Source of the DNA: Micromonosporaceae bacterium
GTDB taxonomy: Bacteria; Actinomycetota; Actinomycetes; Mycobacteriales; Micromonosporaceae
Assembly (NCBI GenBank): GCA_009377645.1
Contig: WHTQ01000003.1
Span: 21,528 to 85,527 of the forward strand
DNA length: 64,000 nt
Direction: 5' to 3'
In this document: one piece after another, positions 33,182 through 41,710 of the stretch
How positions within the stretch are numbered: the stretch's first letter is position 1
Layout: each line of letters opens with the position of its first letter
The notes under the pieces: model-generated
Database searches by the model: none
What the model was told of the DNA's origin: nothing
What the model saw: the letters and a program-made list of their open reading frames with translations, nothing else
Program-made: the position numbers and the translations under genes

Positions 33182-34066
33182 TTAGGTAAACGAGACGATC
33201 GCCGAGCCGGTAAGCCACTGCCCGACCTGCTCGTAGGAGAGGACCTGTGCCCGCCACCGCGGGACGGCCGCCGCGACCAGCAACCAGTTGCGGATCTCCT
33301 GGGCGCCGTTGCCAGCCTCCGCCTCGATCCGTTCCTCGGGCCAGTCGGCGGCGAACTGGGCGGCTCGCCCGTCGCGCAGCGCCGAGAGGAGCTCGTTGTC
33401 GAACTCGCCGTTGATCGGGCCGGTGTCCGGCAGGACCATCGCGTGCTTGTCGGCGTCCCGCCAGCGGGTGCCGGCCGGCCGGCGAAGGAACTCCCGCCGA
33501 GCCGGGTCACCCACCCAGTGCGACAGCCCGCCCGTGCCGATCAGGACCACCCGTTGCGGCAGCGCCTCCAGCGTCTCCCCGATCACCTGGCCGATCCGCA
33601 AGTAGCGGACCGGGCTCGGGATTGGCGGCGCGTTGCAGTTGCTCATCAGCGGGACGATCGGTATCGACTTGTCGAGGCCCATCAGCAGCATCGGGGTGAC
33701 GAACGAGTGGTCGATCCGCATGACCTCGGAATAGGACATGTCGATGTTCTGGGTCAGCGCGCCCGTGAGCACTGCCCGGGCCACGTCGCCATGCATCGGC
33801 CAGGTCACCTCGGGAGTGCCGGCCTCGCCGATCCCCTGGGCCTGGTCGCCGACGCCGAGCACGAACGACGGGACGAGGTCCCACGTGTAGATCCGCCCGT
33901 GGTCGGTGCCGATGATCAACACGGCATCCGGCTCCAGCGCGGCGATCTCGGCACCGACTCGGGCGAACGCGCTGTAGATCGAGTCGCGCTGGCGCCGTGG
34001 CGCGTCGGCTTCGCGGGTCATCATTATCGCGCCGTGCGAGCCGCAGTAGGCACCGACCACAGTCAT
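33182..34066 (-). CDS. Class III extradiol ring-cleavage dioxygenase (LigB family)
   Basis: GSHG..., IIGTDHG, IDHSF, and GTGGLSHW motifs typical of LigB/MhpB-type enzymes. Confidence 0.8.
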   Translation of the reverse strand: MTVVGAYCGSHGAIMMTREADAPRRQRDSIYSAFARVGAEIAALEPDAVLIIGTDHGRIYTWDLVPSFVLGVGDQAQGIGEAGTPEVTWPMHGDVARAVLTGALTQNIDMSYSEVMRIDHSFVTPMLLMGLDKSIPIVPLMSNCNAPPIPSPVRYLRIGQVIGETLEALPQRVVLIGTGGLSHWVGDPARREFLRRPAGTRWRDADKHAMVLPDTGPINGEFDNELLSALRDGRAAQFAADWPEERIEAEAGNGAQEIRNWLLVAAAVPRWRAQVLSYEQVGQWLTGSAIVSFT

Positions 34067-34078
34067 CTGGACACCCCC

Positions 34079-34903
34079 TTAGGACTCCTTGCGGGAGAAG
34101 AACTCCCCCACCACGCGGTTGAACTCGTAGGCCCGTTCCACCTGGGCCCAGTGGCCGGTCTTGCCGAAGATGTGCAGCTCGGCGTTGGCGAAGGCGCGGG
34201 CCATCTGCAGCCCGACATCGAGTGGTCCGGCCCGGTCGTCCAACCCCCAGATGATCAGGGTCGGTGCCTTCACGCGGTCGAGCTCAGCCGACAGGTCTTG
34301 GCGGTGGGGAGCGGGATGCTTCTTCAGCTGCAGCAGGTCGGGCTCGATGCTGGCTTGGTAGCGGCTATCGACGACCTCGTCGGTGACGTAGTCGGGGTCG
34401 TAGACCAGCGTCTGGAGGATGGTGCGCATCTTCTCCCGGGTCGGCCCCTCCCCCTTGTAGTACTCGGCGATCCGCTTGACCCCCTCGACTGGCATCGGGC
34501 TGAAGATGCTCCGCGCCACCGGGTTGCTGCCGATCACTACCAGCCGGTCGATCGAATCCGGATAGTCGATCGCGAACTTGATCGCCGTCTGCCCACCGAA
34601 CGAGTTGCCGATGAACGACGCCCTGGGTATCCCCAGCTCGTTCAGCGCCGCGTGCAGGTGCGTGGCGTTGCGGGAAAGCACGTTGTCCACGATCACCGGC
34701 TTGTCAGACTTGCCGAACTGCGGCAGGTCGACCAGCAACGTCCGGTGTCGCTCGGCCAAGGCGCCGACGTTAGAGCGGAAGTTGCTGCGGCTGTCAGCAC
34801 CGGGCCCGCCGCCGTGCAGGCAGACGACCGGCGGGCCCTCGCCGTACTCCTCGTAGTACAGCTTCAGATCGCCGACCTGGACATACCCACCAACTGCGGT
34901 CAC
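34079..34903 (-). CDS. Alpha/beta hydrolase, meta-cleavage-product C-C hydrolase type (BphD/MhpC-like)
   Basis: HGGGPG oxyanion region, nucleophile elbow GNSFGG, and C-terminal GHWAQVERAYEFN. Confidence 0.85.
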   Translation of the reverse strand: MTAVGGYVQVGDLKLYYEEYGEGPPVVCLHGGGPGADSRSNFRSNVGALAERHRTLLVDLPQFGKSDKPVIVDNVLSRNATHLHAALNELGIPRASFIGNSFGGQTAIKFAIDYPDSIDRLVVIGSNPVARSIFSPMPVEGVKRIAEYYKGEGPTREKMRTILQTLVYDPDYVTDEVVDSRYQASIEPDLLQLKKHPAPHRQDLSAELDRVKAPTLIIWGLDDRAGPLDVGLQMARAFANAELHIFGKTGHWAQVERAYEFNRVVGEFFSRKES

Positions 34904-35148
34904 GAACTGCCTCCCTCTCCGCCGCCTAGCTCCGCAGGGGCGTCTATCCGGATGTGATTGAGGATTTCTTCCAGGGTCGACTCGGGGAGCCGGGCCAGGG
35001 CCTCGACCTGCAGCGGGTCGAGGAACAGCTCCAAACCCGCCGGCTCGCAGAACAGCCGCAGCCGGTCGCCGTTGCCGTCGCTATCCACGCTGGCCCTGAT
35101 CACCGCGAACTCGCCGCGTAGGTGGAGCACTGGCTGATAGGTACTCAT
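34900..35148 (-). CDS. Hypothetical 82-aa protein
   Basis: It lies between the dioxygenase beta subunit and the hydrolase, with a 4-nt overlap with the hydrolase start. I recognise no family. Confidence 0.5.
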   Translation of the reverse strand: MSTYQPVLHLRGEFAVIRASVDSDGNGDRLRLFCEPAGLELFLDPLQVEALARLPESTLEEILNHIRIDAPAELGGGEGGSS

Positions 35149-35154
35149 AGGTCC

Positions 35155-35664
35155 TCAGAAGATGAAGGAGAGGTTCCGGACCGGCAGGTCGTGGGTGAGG
35201 AGCTCGACCGTCTTCTTTGCGATCAACCAGCTGTCACTGGCGCGAACCAGGTCGTACCGAGCCCGCCCCTCGATCGTGCGGACCTGGCCGATGCTGACCT
35301 GGCCCGGGTCGCCCGGTCGTACCTCGTGGACTACGGTCACCGCGTATGCCGCGACGGTCTCGTCGGCGTTCTGCCACACCTCGATGTTGGTCACCTGGTG
35401 CAGCGTGCGGGAGGCGGGAATCTGCGCGTAGTGGGGCGTGTGCAGCAGCTGGTAGACCCGCTGCGCCCGGGTGCCGGCAGTGTCGAACAGCACCGACGGC
35501 TCGCGAACCGGGTCGCTGCTGCCGAACATCGGCATGAAGTAGATGCCGTCGGGCGTAAACAGCGTCAGCCACTCCTCCAACGCGCGCTCGTCGAGCAGCC
35601 GCGCCTCGCGGTACAGGAACTGCTCGACGGAGTGCGTCAGGGTCTCCGTCGGGTGGGTCATCAC
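35155..35664 (-). CDS. Aromatic ring-hydroxylating dioxygenase beta subunit
   Basis: NTF2-like, with FLYREARLLDERALEEWLTLFTPDGIYFMP. Confidence 0.85.
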   Translation of the reverse strand: MMTHPTETLTHSVEQFLYREARLLDERALEEWLTLFTPDGIYFMPMFGSSDPVREPSVLFDTAGTRAQRVYQLLHTPHYAQIPASRTLHQVTNIEVWQNADETVAAYAVTVVHEVRPGDPGQVSIGQVRTIEGRARYDLVRASDSWLIAKKTVELLTHDLPVRNLSFIF

Positions 35665-36917
35665 AAGCTCCTATCGGATGGATAGGCGAGGACCCGACGG
35701 GCCCACTCGCGGTAGATGGCCCGCTGTGGCGTCTCGTCGGAGGGCAGCGCCATCAGCTCGCCGTCGCCGAGGTCCTCCTCGCGGCCGAGCCCGCGGGACA
35801 TCACCATCCAGCGCAGCGAGCGGGAGCGCGAGCCGGTCTGGACCGCCGCGAACGTCTCCAAGTCGTCCGGTCCGATGAAGCCGGTGGTGCCGAGCCGCCG
35901 CTGCAGGTCGGACAGCCGCTCCTCGTTGATCGCCGGGTCGACCCCTCGCAGCTCCATGAAGTAGGACCGTACCTCGGTGCGGTCCACCGACCGGGGCAGG
36001 ATGGTGCGGATGTTGCCATCCATCAGATAGACGTTCGGGAAGATAAAGATATGCCGGCGTAGCAATATCTGCTGGACTCGTTCCTCGTCGTGCCGCTCGC
36101 GCAGCGCCCGCTGGTAGGAGGCCAGCAGCTTCGGGTTGAGCCGGGCGACCGGCCCGCCCTCCAGGATCGCGTGCCCCTCCTTGAACCCACGTACTTTGCC
36201 GACCTTCAGCATTTCGTTGCTCAGCGCGCGGGAGCGGACGCCGAAGTGGTCGAGGGTCTCAAACGCCGACTGGTGCAGTACCGCCGGATGGTAGCCGTCC
36301 GCCCCGTTCTCGGCCTGCATCTTCCAGTTGCCGCCGTACTCGAAGCGGTGCGGTGGGAGCAGCCGGCCCTCGGGCTCCGGGGACATGTCGGCCCACAGGT
36401 CGACGTATCTACGCACGGTGCCGAGGTGCTCGATCAGAGTCGGCGCCTGGGGATCGAACGTGCAGAAGATCAAACCGCGGTACGACTCGACCTTCGCGGC
36501 CCGGAGCAGGCCGTCGACGTTGCGCAGCGCGCCGTCGAGGTATGCGCCGACCCGCTGGGCGACGCCGATCAGGTCGCCGTTGTTGCGGTAGGCCCAACCG
36601 TGGTACGGACAGCGAAACGCCTTCGAGTTGCCCCGTTCCTCGCGGCAGACCACCGCGGCTCGATGTCGGCACGCGTTGACCAGCACGTTGATCTTGCCCG
36701 TGTCGTCGCGAGAGACGATCACTGGCTCCTCGCCGACATGCGTGGTGAGGTAGTCGCCCGGCTTGGTCAGCTCGGACTCATGTGCGACGTACACCCAGGA
36801 GGTCCGGAAGACTTGCTCCATCTCTCGGCGGTACAGCTCCTGGTCCGTGTAGACCCGGGGGCTGATCCAGAAGTCGGTGCCGTTGTCGACGACGAAGTCG
36901 GTGACATTCATGAGCAC
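35661..36917 (-). CDS. Rieske aromatic ring-hydroxylating dioxygenase alpha subunit
   Basis: Rieske motif CRHRAAVVC...CPYHGW and mononuclear iron motif ENGADGYHPAVLH. Confidence 0.9.
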   Translation of the reverse strand: MLMNVTDFVVDNGTDFWISPRVYTDQELYRREMEQVFRTSWVYVAHESELTKPGDYLTTHVGEEPVIVSRDDTGKINVLVNACRHRAAVVCREERGNSKAFRCPYHGWAYRNNGDLIGVAQRVGAYLDGALRNVDGLLRAAKVESYRGLIFCTFDPQAPTLIEHLGTVRRYVDLWADMSPEPEGRLLPPHRFEYGGNWKMQAENGADGYHPAVLHQSAFETLDHFGVRSRALSNEMLKVGKVRGFKEGHAILEGGPVARLNPKLLASYQRALRERHDEERVQQILLRRHIFIFPNVYLMDGNIRTILPRSVDRTEVRSYFMELRGVDPAINEERLSDLQRRLGTTGFIGPDDLETFAAVQTGSRSRSLRWMVMSRGLGREEDLGDGELMALPSDETPQRAIYREWARRVLAYPSDRSL

Positions 36918-37031
36918 AGAACCTCTCCACTAGCCAGCCGTACGGCCGCCTACCGCTGACCTCATCATCGCGACTGGCGCGGTTCGAGATCCATGAAAAG
37001 TCCCGGCCACCGGAACGTTGTGCTGCCGATT

Positions 37032-38231
37032 TCAGTCGCCGTCCGCCGGCGGCAGCATCCCGGCTGCCCAGACTTTGGCGGCTTCGAAGCTGCTGCCCTG
37101 GGTGAGCAGCCGGCGGCCCATGGCCAGCACCCGCGGCGCCGAGATCGACAGCACGCCCTCCAGCTCGTCGTGGCCGAAGATCACCACCGCGCGCCGGCCG
37201 CGTTCCACGATATGGTGCCGGGCACGCGGGTCGCAGTGCCCCACGAACTGCACCTTCGCATCGAACAGATCCGACCAGAAGTACGGCGGCGTCGCCCACC
37301 CCGCGTCTGAGCCTCCGAGCATCGCATCGGCCACGACCGTGCCCTGGTCGCGGGCCGCCTGCCACTGCTCGACGCGGTCATGCCGCCCGGTTACCGCGTT
37401 GGGCCAGCGGGCGACGTCGCCGACCGCCCAAACCCCCGGCAGCGAGGCCCGGCCGGCCGCGTCACAGACCACGCCGTTGTCGACCATCACTCCGGACCCG
37501 CGCAACCACTCGGTGTTCGGGGCCGCACCGATACCCACCACCACCGCGTCCGCCGGGATGTCGGTGCCGTCGTCGAGCCGTACCCCCTCGACTGTCGTGT
37601 CACCGGTCAGCGACGTGACACTGGCCCCGCACCGCAGCTCGACTCCTTCCCGCAGGTGGGACCGCACGCAGAGCCGGCCCACGTCGGCGCCGAGCACCCG
37701 GGCCAGCGGCGACTCCGCACGCTCCAGGACGATCACCTGCCAGCCCCGGCGGGCCGCCGCAGCGGACACCTCCAGGCCGATGAAGCCGGCACCCAGCACG
37801 ACCATCCGCCCCGGTGAGCCGAGCGCCGCCGCCAGCCGGACCGCGTCGTCAAGCTCACGGAGCTGGTACAGGCCCGGCCGGCCGACGACCCCGGGCAGCG
37901 TCCGGGCCCGGGCGCCGGTGGCGATCACCACCTGGTCGGCCTCGACCCGTTCGCCGCCGGCCACGACGGCGAACGGGTCGGTCCTCAGCTCGGTGGCGGC
38001 CACGCCGAGGCGAAGTTCCACTTCTTGCTCCGCGTACCACTCGGCCGGCTTGAGCAGGGTGGGGGTCGCGTCGGCCAGAAACTGCTTGGACAGCGGCGGC
38101 CGGTCGTAGGGCAGGTGGATCTCCGCCCCGATCAGCGTGATCCGCTGCCGGCCGCCGCGTCGGCGCAGCCGGTCGATGAATGACACTGCGCCCAGTGAGG
38201 CCCCGACCACCACGATCCGTTCGGGGCTCAC
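37032..38231 (-). CDS. FAD-dependent ferredoxin-NAD(P)+ reductase (glutathione-reductase type)
   Basis: IVVVGASLGA (FAD), VVLGAGFIGLEV (NAD), and VWAVGDV. Confidence 0.85.
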   Translation of the reverse strand: MSPERIVVVGASLGAVSFIDRLRRRGGRQRITLIGAEIHLPYDRPPLSKQFLADATPTLLKPAEWYAEQEVELRLGVAATELRTDPFAVVAGGERVEADQVVIATGARARTLPGVVGRPGLYQLRELDDAVRLAAALGSPGRMVVLGAGFIGLEVSAAAARRGWQVIVLERAESPLARVLGADVGRLCVRSHLREGVELRCGASVTSLTGDTTVEGVRLDDGTDIPADAVVVGIGAAPNTEWLRGSGVMVDNGVVCDAAGRASLPGVWAVGDVARWPNAVTGRHDRVEQWQAARDQGTVVADAMLGGSDAGWATPPYFWSDLFDAKVQFVGHCDPRARHHIVERGRRAVVIFGHDELEGVLSISAPRVLAMGRRLLTQGSSFEAAKVWAAGMLPPADGD

Positions 38232-38234
38232 GGG

Positions 38235-38462
38235 CTAGCCGTCGCGCTGGACGAGCCCATCGGCTCCGGCCCCGTCGACAATCACGGCTTCGACCGGGCA
38301 GGAGCGCGCGGCCTCCTCCACCGCCGACTCATATTCGGGGCCCGGGTTCTCGAGGACCACGAACGCCTTGCCGGTCACCTCGTCGACGTCCAGCACCTCG
38401 GGCGCGGCGACCACGCAGTTGGCGTAGCCGGTACACTTCCCGACGTCGATCGACACCCTCAT
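38235..38462 (-). CDS. Small single-cluster ferredoxin (CxxYxxC...CP, 3Fe-4S/4Fe-4S type)
   Basis: 75 aa, MRVSIDVGKCTGYANCVVAAP...SCPVEAV. Its ATG overlaps the UbiD stop (ATGA). The rest of ORF 38235..39395 is an artefact. Confidence 0.8.
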   Translation of the reverse strand: MRVSIDVGKCTGYANCVVAAPEVLDVDEVTGKAFVVLENPGPEYESAVEEAARSCPVEAVIVDGAGADGLVQRDG

Positions 38463-39958
38463 TTCGTCTTGACCCCCTCCGACTCGTGCAGCACGGCGCC
38501 GCCAGCCGCCTGGCCGTCTTCGAAGGCGTAGACCTGGGGGACGGGGCCGTCGAAGCCGAGAGTGGACCAGCGGGCGCTGACCTTGTCGTACATCTCTCGG
38601 GTCATCCGCGTGCGCTTGGAGAAGACCGGCAGGTGCCGGTGCTCCATGCATGCGTTGATGAGCGCTTTCGACCCGTACGGCCGCTCCTCGGGCGGGTTCT
38701 GCGTCGGGTCGAGCCAGCTCGACCAGGTCTGGCGCAGGATGTCGATGTCCTCGACCGGGTTGCAGCGGGTGCCCATCGCCCATTGGACCTGGACATTGTC
38801 GGTGGGGTCCACGTCGTGGTCGACCACCACGAACCACTTGGCGAAGTACGCCCCGCTGGCCGACTGAGCGGCCAGTGCCAGCACCTGTGCGGCGTGACCG
38901 GCGTACTGCTGTTCGATGCTGACTACGACCAGGCCGCGGGATGGGCTGGGGTGCCAGACGCCCTTGACTCCGGGGACGCCCATGGTTTCCAGATCGTTCC
39001 AGACGCCGGCCGACCGGGCGATCGCGCTGTAGGTGAGCGGGTTGTCCGACATCAGCGCGTTCATGATGATCGGCCGGGTCCGGCGCATGATCGAGGTCAC
39101 CTCGATCACCGGACAGGTCGCCTCGGGGCGCCCGTAGTAGCCGGTGAACTCGCCGAACGGGCCCTCCATCTCGGTGGCGTCCGGGTGGATCACGCCCTCG
39201 ACGACCAGCTCGGCGTGTGCCGGGATCAGCAGCTCGGTGGTGGCGCCTTCGACCAGCTCGACCGGACGCCCGCGCAGGCCGCCCATGTACTCGTACTCGG
39301 AGACGTCGTGCGGCAGGGCTAGCGTGCTCAGCATGAAGATGCTTGGCTCGGCGCCCATCACGGCGGCCACCTGCAGCGACTCGCCGCGCTTCCAAGCCCG
39401 GGCGATGTGCAGCCGGGCGTCCTTGCCGGGCGAGAGATACAGCCCGATCCGCTTGGAGTCGTGCACCATCATTCGGTACGTGCCGCAGTTGAGGTAGCCG
39501 GAGTCGGGGTCGCGGGTGATCACCGCGTCGGCCGTGCCGAGGTAGCGCCCGCCGTCCAACGGCCAGTGCTTGGGTGCCGGCAGCTCCAGGAGGTTGATGT
39601 CATCGCCGGTGAGCACGTTGGCATAGATGGGCGCGGCGGTGGGCTCGATGGTGACCGGGGGGATCCGGTTGCGTAGCCGGTTCTTCACCTCGCGGATGAT
39701 GTCGAGCACCGACCCGGCCGGGTCTGCCCCGGCGGTGAGCGCCACCCGCGACGGGCTCTCCAGCGCGTTCCACAACAGCTGTCCCGCCTCGGCCGGGTAG
39801 CCCTTGACGTTCTCGAACAGGACGGCCGGGTTTCCCTTGGTTTTGCCGGCCAGGTAGCTGATCGCGCCTGCCTCCTGGTCCCAGTCGACCGGCTCGCTCA
39901 CCCGCACGAGCTCGCCCATGGCCTCGACCTTGTCGAGCCAATCACGAAGGCTGTCCAT
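38459..39958 (-). CDS. UbiD family (prFMN-dependent) decarboxylase, copy 1
   Basis: 499 aa of UbiD fold, with MDSLRDWLDKVEAMGELVRV... and the central FGEFTGYY-type motif. Confidence 0.9.
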   Translation of the reverse strand: MDSLRDWLDKVEAMGELVRVSEPVDWDQEAGAISYLAGKTKGNPAVLFENVKGYPAEAGQLLWNALESPSRVALTAGADPAGSVLDIIREVKNRLRNRIPPVTIEPTAAPIYANVLTGDDINLLELPAPKHWPLDGGRYLGTADAVITRDPDSGYLNCGTYRMMVHDSKRIGLYLSPGKDARLHIARAWKRGESLQVAAVMGAEPSIFMLSTLALPHDVSEYEYMGGLRGRPVELVEGATTELLIPAHAELVVEGVIHPDATEMEGPFGEFTGYYGRPEATCPVIEVTSIMRRTRPIIMNALMSDNPLTYSAIARSAGVWNDLETMGVPGVKGVWHPSPSRGLVVVSIEQQYAGHAAQVLALAAQSASGAYFAKWFVVVDHDVDPTDNVQVQWAMGTRCNPVEDIDILRQTWSSWLDPTQNPPEERPYGSKALINACMEHRHLPVFSKRTRMTREMYDKVSARWSTLGFDGPVPQVYAFEDGQAAGGAVLHESEGVKTK

Positions 39959-39981
39959 TGTGCCGTCCTCTCGTGAAGGGG

Positions 39982-40584
39982 TCAGTAGCCGAGCGGGCCG
40001 AGGACCCTGATGCCGTGTTCGTTCTGCAGGTACCGGGCGAACCGGTACTTGATCTCGGGACCTTCATACCTTGCGAGCGGCTTCGGACCACCGGGTCCCT
40101 TCCGCTCGACCTCCATCACAGTGAACGCGAAGCCGGGTGTGGCGATGAGCTCCTTAGCCGCCTCGAGCTCGTCCAGTGAGGACACGTTGACGGCGCGCTC
40201 GACGCCTGCCGCCTTCGCCACCGCGGCGTAGTCGGTCGCGGCGGCGTTTGGCAGGTTGGGGCCGTCGATGGTGCCATAGACCCGGTTGGAGGTGAGGAAG
40301 TACTTCAGGTTGGGCCGGCTTAGTTCGGCCATCGTGAGGATCGAGCCAAAGCTCAGGGTCAGTGAGCCGTCCCCGTCGATCACCCACACAGTGTGCTGCG
40401 GGCACGCCACCGCCAGACCCAGGCCGAACGAGGCGGCCAGCCCCATCGTGTGCATATGGAACGACTGGTCGTCGGCTGGTCCCCAGATCCGGTGCCATTC
40501 CTGGGTGGACGTGCCCAGGCCGAGCACCACCAGCTCGTCACTGTGTTGTCGGCTGAGCCACCCGAGCGCCGCGTCGGCTCTCAC
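39982..40584 (-). CDS. TPP-dependent decarboxylase, beta subunit (sulfopyruvate/phosphonopyruvate decarboxylase-like, PP-binding domain)
   Basis: TPP motif VIDGDGSLTLSFGSILTMAE...NRVYG. The GTG overlaps the alpha-subunit stop (GTGA). Confidence 0.8.
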   Translation of the reverse strand: MRADAALGWLSRQHSDELVVLGLGTSTQEWHRIWGPADDQSFHMHTMGLAASFGLGLAVACPQHTVWVIDGDGSLTLSFGSILTMAELSRPNLKYFLTSNRVYGTIDGPNLPNAAATDYAAVAKAAGVERAVNVSSLDELEAAKELIATPGFAFTVMEVERKGPGGPKPLARYEGPEIKYRFARYLQNEHGIRVLGPLGY

Positions 40585-41090
40585 GTCGGGCCTCCCTTGG
40601 TGATGAGCAGGTGCTTGGCGAGGAAGGTGACGAACGGGCGCTTCAGCAGCAGCGCGCGGGTGTAGGCGGCCGGCAGCTGGTCCAGCTGCGCGGGGTCGCT
40701 GATGGTGATGTGCGGGATGCCCAGCGCATCCAGGTACGGCTTGCCGACCAGCCCTTGCCCTACCTGGTACGTCAGCTGGTCGTCGATGCCACCCCGCAGG
40801 CTGGCCACGACCAGCAGCGGGATCTGATGGGCGAGGTTCAGCGTCACGAGCTCGTGCGCGCTGGCCAGCAGCCCGGCAATGCCCATCGCCGCGGCGGCCC
40901 GGGCACCGCCGAACCAGGCACCGGCACAGACCCCGATCGCCTCGCTCTCCCTGGCGACGGGGATGTAGGTGATCTCGGAGTCGTTGTCAATCAGCGTGAG
41001 CAGCGGGACAATCCAGTCGTCGGGCAAACCTGACACCACGGTGATGCCGGCCGCCTTGAGCTGCTCGTACACCCGGACCGAATCCTCCAC
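40581..41090 (-). CDS. TPP-dependent decarboxylase, alpha subunit (PYR domain)
   Basis: ITVVSGLPDDW...ITYIPVARESEAIGVCAGAWFGG, with the catalytic Glu context. I chose the GTG at 41090 with RBS GAAAGGA. Confidence 0.75.
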   Translation of the reverse strand: MEDSVRVYEQLKAAGITVVSGLPDDWIVPLLTLIDNDSEITYIPVARESEAIGVCAGAWFGGARAAAAMGIAGLLASAHELVTLNLAHQIPLLVVASLRGGIDDQLTYQVGQGLVGKPYLDALGIPHITISDPAQLDQLPAAYTRALLLKRPFVTFLAKHLLITKGGPT

Positions 41091-41110
41091 GGCCCATCCT
41101 TTCCGGTTGT

Positions 41111-41710
41111 TCACAGCTGTCCCCAGAGCAGCCCGTCGGCGACCCGCAGGCCGGCGTAGGTCTGGAGAACCCAGACGACCAGTCCGACGCCCGCCGCCAT
41201 GAGAGCGGCTGGCCGCCACCCCTCCCGCCGACCCAACGTCATGTAGGCGAACGTCAGCACGACACCCGCTACCAGGAAACCGAGGAGGTAGAGGGCGCCC
41301 GTGTAGGCCGCCAGCCAGACGACCATGATCAAGGTCGCCTTGAGGTCGAAGCTGGGCTCGTTACCCAGGCCGGTGGCCCGTGCCTGGGCCTGGGTCACCA
41401 CCACGGGCGCCGGCGCGGTCGTCTCACCCCCTTCGGGCGACTTCTCTGGGGTCGGGTTCTCTGGGATCGGGCCAGGTGCCGCCGTTGTCGCGGACGGCGG
41501 CCCGGGCTCAGGCGCGGGGTCGAGTGCCGGCCTTGGCCGCCGGACCAGAACGTTGACTATCTCCGCCGCCGCAAAGGTAGCCAGCGCGAGGGTGGCGATC
41601 ATCGGGAAGAGCCGGGTGCGGAACCCCCAGTCCATGCTCATGTTGAGGCCGATCAGGGCCAGCGCGAGCAGGAAACCTGGGAAGACTAGGTCTCGGAGTC
41701 GCTCCTTCAC
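41111..41710 (-). CDS. tctB: TctB-like small permease of a tripartite tricarboxylate transporter, with a Pro-rich loop insertion
   Basis: Four TM segments flank ~70 aa of PALDPAPEPGPPSATTAAPGPIPENPTPEKSPEGGETTAPAP. The GTG at 41710 overlaps the tctA stop. Confidence 0.6.
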   Translation of the reverse strand: MKERLRDLVFPGFLLALALIGLNMSMDWGFRTRLFPMIATLALATFAAAEIVNVLVRRPRPALDPAPEPGPPSATTAAPGPIPENPTPEKSPEGGETTAPAPVVVTQAQARATGLGNEPSFDLKATLIMVVWLAAYTGALYLLGFLVAGVVLTFAYMTLGRREGWRPAALMAAGVGLVVWVLQTYAGLRVADGLLWGQL

